DNA of 62,963 nt, the filler included, from Vannella sp. (lineage: Eukaryota), in the NCBI GenBank assembly GCA_023345925.1. It is 6 parts of 6 records of this genome, joined end to end, with 100 filler letters (N's around TTAATTAATTAA, not from the genome) between each part and the next. Parts side by side here need not be neighbours in the genome. Positions count along the whole stretch, not along the records: positions 12,593 to 26,587 come from JAJQQN010001341.1; positions 26,688 to 34,482 come from JAJQQN010000718.1; 4 more parts are not named here. One strand, written 5' to 3'. Each line of letters begins with the position of its first letter. Position 1 is the first letter of the stretch. Below, one piece after another: positions 20,904 through 30,826 of the stretch. Made by a program: the position numbers and the translations under genes. The notes beneath the pieces were generated by a model, which was given only the letters and a program-made list of their open reading frames with translations, searched no databases and had not been told where the DNA came from.

Positions 20904-23900
20904 CTAGATTTCAGGAGCCTGGTAGAGAGCCCATGTGTCAGCCTTAGGAACGTAGATGGGAGCTGTTAGGAATAATTGTGGTTTGTTGACTTGCATAACT
21001 TTGTCGTCGTCAAAATTGAATTGCAGAGGAATGATTGGTTGATTCGCGCAGGAATTCTCGTTTGCTTTGTTGATTTCACGAACGAGTGGACGACTGAATA
21101 TTTTCTTGTTGAAGGATAACGCTCTCGCCCATCGGCAGTCAATTCTGTGCAGCAGAGATTTCTTTTCCAGGCGGTGTATCTGAAGAAGAAACTCTTCCCT
21201 CCCGGGTGTCATCCTTGACACTCGAGGCAGTTCTCTTGGGGGTATGGTTATTTTTGTATCCTTTTGCTGTGCAACTTGCTCCGCAATTACATCGACCATT
21301 GCAGGAATGTACTTTTTACCCAAAAACTGACATCCTGGGGTGACACTAAACAGTGAATCTTGCAAACCAACATCTTCTCTGTTTTTCACTTGGATTGCAA
21401 ACATGCCCATCTTCTTATCCTGCAGTTCCACGAGAAATGCAATGTCAGTTCTAGCAGCCGAGGATAATTCAAGCACCATTAGTTGCCTTGCTCCAATCTC
21501 GTCAGTAAGGAGCCCATTGAAATCAGTAACCTTATCCTGGCCTGTATCCGGGTCCGTATGGCAACCCACCACTAAATGCTTGACATGAGCAACTGCTCCA
21601 GTAAGTAGAGTTGGCCAAGTGAATTCTTTGGGAAGGAAAGGGCGCAAAGCAAATTCCAGGGTACTTGTTGAGGCAATCGCTTTGAAAACAGCAATAGCCA
21701 CTTCATACTCTGCAATTTTCCCTTTCACAGCATCTTTCAAAGGTAATCGTAAGTTCCGCTTTCCAAGGAATTCGATTATGTAGCTAGAATCAATTGCCAT
21801 GGCTTGTTCCCCGAATTCTTGGAGTGCCTTGAACATCAGAAAGTCCTTTGTCAGATCAGCTGTCACAGCAAATTTGGTTTTGCCGCTGAGCTCATGAAAA
21901 TCTGCAAGGGCTTGGGTGGTTGTAGGAGAGAACAATACGCCGCATGAAATCAAGTCTTGAGCTCGGACTGCATCATCTACTGGGAATATTCCATGGTAAA
22001 GAAGAGTCAGCGCATGCAAGTGTCTGACGGTAGTTCCTCGATTATTTGATTCCACAGAATAGGCGTTCATACTATCCCAGTTTCTACCAATCAGCCCCTT
22101 GTAAAAGTCGATGACCTTTCTGGATTGTTCTTCAACAAACTCGTTAGTAAGTAGTGAAAACACCTGCTCCTCATTCCGCGGTTTGTGTTTTGCAAGGAGT
22201 TCGAGCCATTCCGGAAAGAAGTAGTCAAAGAAAGCTGTAGGACGCCCAGAGAAGACAGCTAGCTTATCTTGGATTCTGTCTCGATACTGTTTGCCCTCGA
22301 AAAAGTATGGGAGGAAGAAGTCGCACAGATTCTCTTTGCTAAATAGCTGGAGGTGCGACCATTGGATGACACATGTAGAGAGAGGAGATATCGATTCCAA
22401 CGAGGAGAAAACTCTCATAGAGAAACGGGTGTCTGCGGCCGCCACATTGAAGTAAGGTGCTGAGACAAGAATCCTCTTGAAAAGGATTGCAAACCCATAA
22501 AGCAGGTCGGTTGGAGGTCTCTTTTTTCTCTTGGAATGACCCTGAACGTGATTCAAAATGCCTTCAAACTCGCCATCTGCCATGGCTACTTCATCAAAAG
22601 CAAAGAGAATCTTTCGATTCGGTACCATATTGCCCAGAGCTGCTAAAGATTGGTCCCACAGTTCCTCGATCGCAAAGTGGCGTCGGCTGGCCTCGGCTGT
22701 GGTGAGGTTTAACCCTCTAGTGAGCGCTGCAAAGATACGTTGAGTTACAACATCTGCAGAGCCATTTCGCAGAGCGAGCAACCAAATGAGTCTCAAGTCC
22801 ATTGAGGGACCTGGGCAGTTCGAAATTGCAAGTAACCAAATCACATGCGAGAGGATGAACGCTTGAATGTAATACAAAGTGTCGAGGTGTTGGATGTCGC
22901 GTGGTTGACTTTTTCTCAATAGCGATTGCAGGGACCCTTTCAGACTTTCGAAAGCCTTTGTACCACCAAGCAAAGAACATTGAACAAAGCGAATGTTCAC
23001 AACTGCCCATCCAGATGTTTGGTCGCAGGCTGTGGAGTAAAACAGCTTTGTCTTTCCGCATTGACTGGCCTCGCTGATAGCAATAACTGACTTCTTCTGA
23101 ACACGGGATTTCCCCTGTGATTCCAGAGTTTCAATCAAAACTTTGTGGGCATCACCAGCAGGGGGAAGGAAGTATCCATCGCAGATCAACACACTTGGGT
23201 CTGCGTGTTCGGATATTGGAACAGTTTTCAATAACGCCGAGCCAATGGAATCTCGCTGCTTGCCCAAGTTCCAACTGTTCAAAGAGGCTAGGTTCACCTT
23301 GAAATTTTCCACGTATGATTGTATGTCCAACAAATCGATTATTTCTTGGTATCCATTACTCAGCTGAGACTGAATGACTTGCACGATACTCGAGAGCTCT
23401 GTTAGACCAATTGAGTTACGCTTGCAGTAGCACTCTTAATCCTTACTCTCAACTGTAAGAACTGCCTCAGGAATGACCCCTGTGTAGTGGAAGCGCACCC
23501 AATTAGCAGAAGTGGCAACTCAGAAGATAGAAAGCTGGTCACTTACTTGTGGGACCGAGCTGCCTAATCAGTTCTTCCCATTGCGTGTTGGTGAAGGAAT
23601 TCCCTTCGAAATGTTAAACCGAACTCAAAGCTTTCATGCTGACCTACAGTTGAGGTCGCTTTCGGTTATTATCTTCAAAGTGTGCGTGGGTAGTATCATT
23701 CCATTTCCGAGCCACAAACTCAGTGAGTCTCCTGTGAAGGAAAAATCGCGTTACCATCTCCTCCACCTTGTCGCAGTGGTGAAGGGGTTTCTATTCGATC
23801 CGGGTGGATCTTGTTTGGGCCGTGGGTGACTATCAGAAGTTAACAATCTCGAGTTGCATCGCCCATCGAGTCCTCACTTTCGTCAGCGACAGCGTTGGTA

Positions 23901-24383
23901 AGTCGTTTGGGTGCGAGAGGGGTACTGAATCCCTCTAGGATGCCCCTTTTCCCCAGTAACCTGTCTCAATAAGTCAGAGGTGTCGTCGTTAGGGTGCGCT
24001 CCTTACTCCTCTGCGGCTATGCTCTCCTCCTCTCCACCTTGGGTATCCATTGACCTTTCATCCTCTTCGCTAGGTTCCTTAGGAACCGAGGAGGCTCGAA
24101 CGCGCGGGTGCTTCCCTTTAAAGTGGTTCTTCAATAGAGCCCTCAACTCAGATCTCCGAGCAGGAGGTTCAAGTTCTTCAGGGAGAAAGACTGCAATCAT
24201 TGTTCTCCTTCTCAAAGAATCAAACACATCGACATCTCTCTCGTGTGACTTCCAGTTGAGGTAGGTGATGCACTCCTCCTGGGTGCTGTTCGGAAGCACC
24301 TTCTGGCAACAGAAGTGATTGATGAGGTCGTGCAATATCTTCAGGGACCAGTTCTGTTCAATGATGAAAGGAACTCTCACCAT
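20904..24383 (-). CDS. Crinkler-type (CR) effector: header domain + P-loop NTPase + PD-(D/E)xK restriction-endonuclease-fold domain; small 5' exons plus one 2.5-kb exon
   Basis: Walker A-like EASQCGKTKL, Walker B ILFAFDEVA and FSGRP, then GKIAEYEVA...ARTDIAFLV...FAIQVKN. Spliced exons RVIPEAVLTVE|KLSSIVQ join the 826-aa ORF in frame. Upstream exon joins are only partly resolved. Confidence 0.72.
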
Positions 24384-24991
24384 ACCCTCACCATACACCA
24401 CCAGAAGAAAGAGCACAACAGAGAATGGGAATTATTTATCATTTCCCGGAATTTTTGATTTTTGTACCCTAATCACTTTCTTTTTGTGAAGGAAGTGATT
24501 TATTCCTTCTCAGGGATCACTTGATACAACTCACCACGCTGGAGCATCTCTAATTGTGTTGAATGGTCTAAGCCTATAAGAAGGAGTACTATGTAATTCT
24601 GAACGAAGTGGTGGAACGTTCTGCCTCGTGCTCTACCTCTGGTCAGGAAGTGCAGGGCTCGAAAAGACGTGGTTGAGTGGTGAATCTCTCAGTCCCCGTG
24701 TTGGTGAAGGAAACAGTGAACCTTTGGACTTCTCCTTGGTACATGAAAGAGGGGAATCGGTAAGTGCACGTCTTTATAGCCCGAAACTGGGCCATCTGTA
24801 GGGAGGAGATCACCGCGAACCCATCGACCAACAGAAAATGGGACATGTGGTGGTGGTGGTGGGATAATTGAAGGAAAATATATGCGAATGCATGACTGAA
24901 ATTGGGGTCTGGTATTGATAAAAAAGAACTGGAATAAATCAAAATTAGGGCTTTTGTCGGTCACTCGTTCGCGCCTCGTCCCCACCGCATC

Positions 24992-25854
24992 ATGGGAGAC
25001 GCTATTCGTATTGTGGTGCTTGGTGGTGCTGGTGTTGGCAAATCTGGTAGGTTTAAAGCTCTAAATAAGGTTCGGAACGATGGTTGACGTGGGTCCCCTC
25101 TTTACAGCCATCAGCATCCAGTACGTCAACGGCATGTTCGTGGAGAAGGTATGTCTTTATCTCTTTAAACTTCTAAAGAGGTACTGGAAAGAATGCTCAT
25201 TTGGGAGACAGTACGACCCCACCATCGAGGAGAGCTACCGAAAGACGATCGATATCGGTGCCAACACGTTCCAGTTGGAGATTTTAGACACTGCTGGAAC
25301 GGTAAGACAACCCTTCCCAGCGGAAAAGAAGGAAATACCTTCCGTACATGAGTGCACCTCTGACATGTTTGTTCCTTCCAGGACCAATTCTCTGCGATGA
25401 GAGACATGTACATTCAGAAGGGAGATGGTTTCGTGATGGTTTACAGTGTCTCTTCAGCGCAATCTATTGATAGAGTGGAGGAACTCTACAAGCAGATCAG
25501 CCGGCTGAATGAGGACAAAAACGTGAGTCTGTCGTACTCTCGCGCGAGCGTTGTGATCAATACTAATTTATACTGGTTGTCTATCCCATGTAGTACTTTG
25601 TTGTACTCGCAGGGAACAAGTGCGACCTCCCCAAGGACTCCCACGTTATTTCTCCTTCCAAGGGAAAGGAGCTGGCTGGCAAGCTCGGTTGCCACTTTTA
25701 CTCCACATCGGCCAAGCTCAACAAAAACGTCTCCGAGTTGTTCGAGGATGTGGCCAAGCAGGTCGTTAACGGCAGAAAGGGCGCTCCTGAGAAGAAGAAA
25801 GGAGGCAAAGCCGGTGCTGCAGGTGGTGGAGGTGGCGGTTGCACTCTATTGTAA
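24992..25854 (+). CDS. Rap-like Ras-family GTPase (5 exons)
   Basis: [40 protein letters not shown] (Thr at Ras Q61, Rap-type), GNKCDL and CAAX CTLL. Confidence 0.92.
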
Positions 25855-26139
25855 TTCTTACTTCCTCTCCCGTGGAAGTGTTCTTTCTGCAAGTATTAAC
25901 AAACTCATCCTTGTACTTTGCCTCTCGCTCTGATTAGCGGTTGATTGTTTGCTGAAGTGGGGGCCTGCCTCACTTTCTCGCTCTCTGTGGCAGTCACTGA
26001 AGTACTTCGCTCAAGCGCTATCTTCCAGCACTGCTCCTTGCTTTGAAGGATCCAATTCACGCCTCTGAGGTCACCAGTCCTCAACGAAGGAAATTTTGTC
26101 AGGATTGGCAATCAATGGGATGAATCATACAGAATGTGA

Positions 26140-26587
26140 ATGTTGAATAGATTAATGAGGGACCACCATTATTACGCAGGCCTGAAAGTGAAGGTCCTGA
26201 GCTTCCCTCCTCTCGTAGAATGGAACTGCGATGACCGCGAGACCTTGGAGCACCTGGTCAGTCTTTTGTTGCCTTTGAAGGATCCAAAAGAGAAAAGCAA
26301 CCAACGGCTGAGGAGATGGCTGAGTTGCAGGGACTTTCCTGTGTCAGAGGAGATCCTGGACAACCTCAACGAGAAGGGCGTTGCGTTTATCATCAAGTTC
26401 TGTTTCTCTCAACGCTCGACTGGCGCCTCTGGGAGCTTGAAGGAGCTTCTCCGTTCATGGATCAGTGTCGGGAGCGTGACCTTCCCCCAACTCGGAGAGG
26501 GGAACTGTGATGACCGCGAGACCTTGGAGCACCTGGTCAGTCTTTTGTTGCCTTTGACGGATCCAAATGAGAAAAGCAACCAACGGC
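26140..26587 (+). CDS. Partial protein built from a 93-aa tandem repeat (truncated at contig end)
   Basis: NCDDRETLEHLVSLLLPLxDPxEKSNQR occurs twice, 279 nt apart and in frame. Confidence 0.55.
26222..26587. repeat. Direct repeat, 279-nt period (26222-26308 vs 26501-26587, near identical)
   Basis: ggaactgygatgaccgcgagaccttggagcacctggtcagtc...aaagcaaccaacggc is present twice. Confidence 0.92.
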
Positions 26588-26687
26588 NNNNNNNNNNNNN
26601 NNNNNNNNNNNNNNNNNNNNNNNNNNNNNNNTTAATTAATTAANNNNNNNNNNNNNNNNNNNNNNNNNNNNNNNNNNNNNNNNNNNN
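26588..26687. other. Artificial contig linker
   Basis: N44-TTAATTAATTAA-N44. Confidence 0.97.
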
Positions 26688-27277
26688 GTCTGAAGACTGT
26701 TCTGTCTGGTGACCAAGGAGTGGGCAAGTCGTCGCTGATTCTCCAGTTTGTGGAAAATGCCTTTCAGGATACCACTCCAGTGCGGTTTGAGGGCCGCTAC
26801 ATGGCCCGGACCATTGAGGTTGGAAGGAAGCTTGCAAAGCTTGAGCTGGTGGACACAGTTTGTGAGGAAATTTTCAGGCACCTCTCCGATTACTTTTACG
26901 ACCTCACAAAGGGAATCATGTTGGTGTATGACGTGACGAACAAGGATTCCTTTGACAACATTCGATTCTGGTTCAAGGATATGGAAAAGTTTTACGAACG
27001 GCACAAGGAACCCCATCCCCCCATTCTCTTGGTGGGGAACAAATGTGACTTGGTCTCAGAGAGGGTTGTCGACTTCAATGCAGGGGCCTCATTGGCTCAA
27101 GAGCTCGGTATTCCATTTATCGAAACCTCCTCGAAGGACCACCTCAGTGTCGATGCCACTTTTGCTTTGCTCTCGGAACCGATGATTCAAGAGCTTTCAC
27201 AAATACGGAATCGATTCTATTATACAACCCCAGAGAGAGAGGCGCTGCCAGTGAAAAAGTCATGTACATTGCAATGA
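26688..27277 (+). CDS. Divergent Rab-like GTPase (Rab1/Rab8-like), 5' truncated, no intron seen
   Basis: LKTVLSGDQGVGKSS, GIMLVYDVTNKDSFDNI, LLVGNKCDL, FIETSSK and terminal CTLQ. G3 reads DTVCEE. Confidence 0.88.
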
Positions 27278-27781
27278 GGCAAAGTCATGCACATGGCGTA
27301 GAAGTGCAGGAACACTGATGATCGGACTAAACTTGATGCAAACAATCTCTCCGTTTTCCGACAAAGTCCAGTCGTTTGAACCTTCTTCTGCCTGTAAGAA
27401 TTGCCAATATGGCTCGAAAGATCCCATTCAAAGGGGCACTCAAAGGTGTTTTATTCTGCAGACATGCGACCTCACACTTCCAACTTCTGCAACGTGTGTG
27501 CCGTAGTAACCAGTGTTGCGGGTGGTACTTGTTGAGTGAAGCGACCTGGAGAAGCTAGGTGAAGGAGAGAATGTTTATTGATTGAAAGCAGCTGCTGCTA
27601 CTGCAGTGAAAATTAAGTGAAATGTACTTCAGTGAAGTTGGGATAAGCTGAAACCGGTTCCAGGTACCTCAACAGTACTTAGGCATTTTGATAACCTTTC
27701 GGACATCTGTCATCTGGGTCGCAACTTCTTCAAAGAACCTTCTTTCCGCCCGCCAGCGGCTTTGGACGTGGATTCTGTGGA

Positions 27782-29161
27782 ATGCCAAGGACGAACGCAT
27801 TTATCAAGAATCGAATCATTTCATTTCTTCGAAGCGCACCGAGCTTAAGGATGCCCACAGAACAGGAGGTCCTAATGGAACCTAGTGAGGTGCAAAATGG
27901 ATCTGTGGCATTGAAGGGAACCGCAGATCACTCTGGGCCGGACTGCAAGGTAAAGAGACCTAAACTTGCGCAACAAGACTTTGTTCCCTAGCCGCCCGTG
28001 TTCGCAGTGGATGGAAAATGGGCCACGTACACCCACTATAAAGCAATACCACACCTCAGTAGAGCGAACACCCAAGAGCAGGAGTTGGTCTCTCAAGACA
28101 ACAACAAGTACTCGATCCACTTCGCCGTCAATCCCGATTTGCTCCCTGGAGTCAGCCGTTCCCAAGTTACTTTACGAATGGTACTACGACACCAAAGACT
28201 ACCGCTTGCTTCGCTCCAACATGTGGCTGAAGAGAGGCTCCAAAGGTTGGTTCCTCAAGGTCGTGCAGTCACAACAAGACAGCTCTATCAGCGTTCTCTC
28301 CTACCTACACGTCACTGAGCTGGAGGAAATCAAGTCCCTCATACATGCTGCCCCTCTGAGGGTGGACTGGTCCGACCTCGTGGTGTTTGCCCAGTTCCCT
28401 GTCCAACAGTTTGTGTGGCCCTGCGGCACCCGAGTGGAGGTGTGCCAGTTATCCAATGATGACTACTACCTCCTCGGCACCCTAAACCCGCAAGTCTCCT
28501 CCGAACTCATGGAGAAGATTGATTTCTGTTACAAAGCCAACGCCAAGATCATCGAGTACCTATGCAAGTTCAAGCCCAATGTCCTCAAGGACCTACAAAA
28601 GCCCTTGGGGAACATGGTAACATGATCCATCGACACATGACCTGTGCACCACTGGATAGTGCAAAGTGTATTGTCTTACGAGATGAGGTTGCCGCAGCGA
28701 CTAAGCACCAAATCTACTTGCGATCGGACCTCTCCGACAAACAGAAGCATGAATATGCCAACCAGTGGGCCATTCGATGCGACGATGACATCGAACCCAA
28801 TGAGACTGGCGACGGTCCTTCCGCTTCAGGGGTCCTAGGACCAATCGACGTTGGTGTGTGCCCAGCTCGACGATCCGCAGACACGCCTGTGGCTTTACTG
28901 CATAGAGGGAGGCTCGAATCTTGGGAATCAGACCCCAGCATTGCCGACGAACACTCAGTATATCTGCACCCCACCCCCAATCTCGAAGAGACCTTCGAGG
29001 TTGCGAGCGATCTGGACTTTTACGATGAGAATGAGGAGGACTGTGTTGGCGATAGTGGCGAGGAGATTCCTCAAGTATCGGTCTTCGATCAGGACATTGA
29101 TTTCCGCACCATCCTAGAGCAGCACGTTGAGGCCATTGCAAAGGATTCCTACCCTCCTTGA
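27782..29161 (+). pseudogene. CYTH/triphosphate-tunnel-like gene split over several frames
   Basis: EWYYDTKDYRLLRSNMWLKRGSKGWFLK resembles the CYTH/thiamine-triphosphatase YxDTxDxxL...WLR...WxLK motif. One good intron (GTAAAG..CCCTAG) is present, but frame changes at about 28160 and 28620 lack normal introns. Confidence 0.5.
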
Positions 29162-29408
29162 CTTCCTCTAAACGATCAGCACTCAAATCCGCTTGCATGG
29201 TCCCCCCTTAGAATGGTTCATTTTGCAACTCTTCCAGGGTTTAGGGTTTAGTTGTCATGAGGGAAGGTTTGTGGCTTGTCCTGAATAATCCTTATGGCCT
29301 CCATCCCTTCAGGATAAGCTTGGCCCGAATTTGTCATTTTTTGAGGCTGAATACAAACAAACGGGGAAATAAGTTTGGTTCGATCGAACATTCTTTTCGG
29401 GAGCGGTC

Positions 29409-30626
29409 ATGGATGCTACCTACCGTGCCCCGCACCCACATGTACTGAAGAAGGACGTGTCTGGTACTAGCTGGATGTGTGATGGATATGGTTGTAGGCA
29501 GAGGAATGGGAGGAGGCGGTTGAGGTGTTCGGAAGGGTGCGACTTTGACTATTGTGTCCCGTGCGCGACTGTTGTCGATGTGAAGGAGAGCTCCAGTCAT
29601 CATCATCGCCTCTTTCTTACCAACCCAACATCCGTACGAAGGTGCGACGCATGCCAGCAGACGGACATGCAGCCTACCTACTTCTGTAAGAGATGCGATT
29701 TTGACCTTTGCAGGCGCTGTGCTGAGGCCGAGGACATGGTCAGAGTTACTAATCATCCACACGCTCTCCTCCCTGTGCATGGACGCGATGGATGGCAATG
29801 CAGCTTCTGTTCAAGACACCAGCACGTGCGGCGCTATCGCTGTAGCAGTGGGTGTAACCTTGATATGTGTAATCTCTGTCTCTCTCAAACTGAAGTCTTC
29901 AAAGACCCTCGCCATGAGCACCAGATGAGCCTATGCCGAGTAGGAGGGCCTTGGAGCTGCGATGAATGTCAAGAGAGGAGCCCGGAAGTTCGCTTCCGTT
30001 GCATTAGTGGGTGTGATTACGACCTCTGCCTTCGCTGCAGATCATTCAAGCTAGAGAGAACTCCCAAGCACCCACATCCGATCCTCCAGCGGCTTCTCAG
30101 GGTCAATTGGAGATGCGACGGATGTGGGCGAGCAAACCAACCCCACCGATACCACTGTACTCAAGGATGCGATTATGACTTATGTCAGAACTGTCACAAT
30201 TCCCCCAGCGTGCCCTCGAAGCCCCGCAAAGCAGCTTTACCGCTTCTGCCAGGGCCCTCTCGACATACCCAATCGGTTCCCCCTCATCCAGGATATGTAG
30301 CTCCCATTGAGCCTCCTCACTTCGATTATGTACCTCATTTGGAGCCTGCTTGTTCAGGGTATGTCTGCTCCATACCCCAAGAGCCGTCCAATCCCCCGGA
30401 AATGGCCGAGGATGAGCCTTCCGAGGGTAGCCAAAGTGGATCTAGTGATCATCTCGAGTGCTTTCTGTGCTGGGAGGTGATGGATCGTAAATATGTGTTA
30501 GTGCCTTGTGGGCACGCGCCCCTCTGTCTTCCGTGCCTAAAGGGACTCCAGGGCAAATGCCCACTATGCCAATGCCCCATTCAAGCCCACATCCGGTTGT
30601 TCTTGCAAACTCCTGGAGCCCAGTAG
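29409..30626 (+). CDS. Five tandem HxH...CxxC...C..CD(F/Y)DLCxxC zinc fingers (DC1/ZZ-like) + C3HC4 RING; probable E3 ligase
   Basis: Five Cys/His repeats in aa 9-265, a Pro-rich linker, then CFLC...VPCGHAPLCLPC...KCPLC. Confidence 0.88.
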   Translation: MDATYRAPHPHVLKKDVSGTSWMCDGYGCRQRNGRRRLRCSEGCDFDYCVPCATVVDVKESSSHHHRLFLTNPTSVRRCDACQQTDMQPTYFCKRCDFDLCRRCAEAEDMVRVTNHPHALLPVHGRDGWQCSFCSRHQHVRRYRCSSGCNLDMCNLCLSQTEVFKDPRHEHQMSLCRVGGPWSCDECQERSPEVRFRCISGCDYDLCLRCRSFKLERTPKHPHPILQRLLRVNWRCDGCGRANQPHRYHCTQGCDYDLCQNCHNSPSVPSKPRKAALPLLPGPSRHTQSVPPHPGYVAPIEPPHFDYVPHLEPACSGYVCSIPQEPSNPPEMAEDEPSEGSQSGSSDHLECFLCWEVMDRKYVLVPCGHAPLCLPCLKGLQGKCPLCQCPIQAHIRLFLQTPGAQ

Positions 30627-30826
30627 CATTCGAGTCACCTAAACTGTCCGAATCATAATTTTGTGAACGTCTGCTGGCTTCCATTGAAAAGTGCCTCTGG
30701 CCTCTGGAGTCTCGTGACTTCTCTTGTTTTGGCCTCACTAAAGAAGCCATGTTCCTGGTCGAGGAAGCTGCTCTTCTTCTCCTCGTGAAACTTACATTCA
30801 GTGAGCTTCAATGGAGCTTTATTTTA

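Noticed and set aside
24643..24942. Short minus-strand ORF with Ig-like TVSFTNTG as an extra CR exon
   Set aside because: No supportable splice link to the CR gene, and the motif is too short.
19950..24960. CR locus as a transposon with terminal repeats
   Set aside because: No terminal inverted repeats, target-site duplication or transposase motif could be seen by eye.
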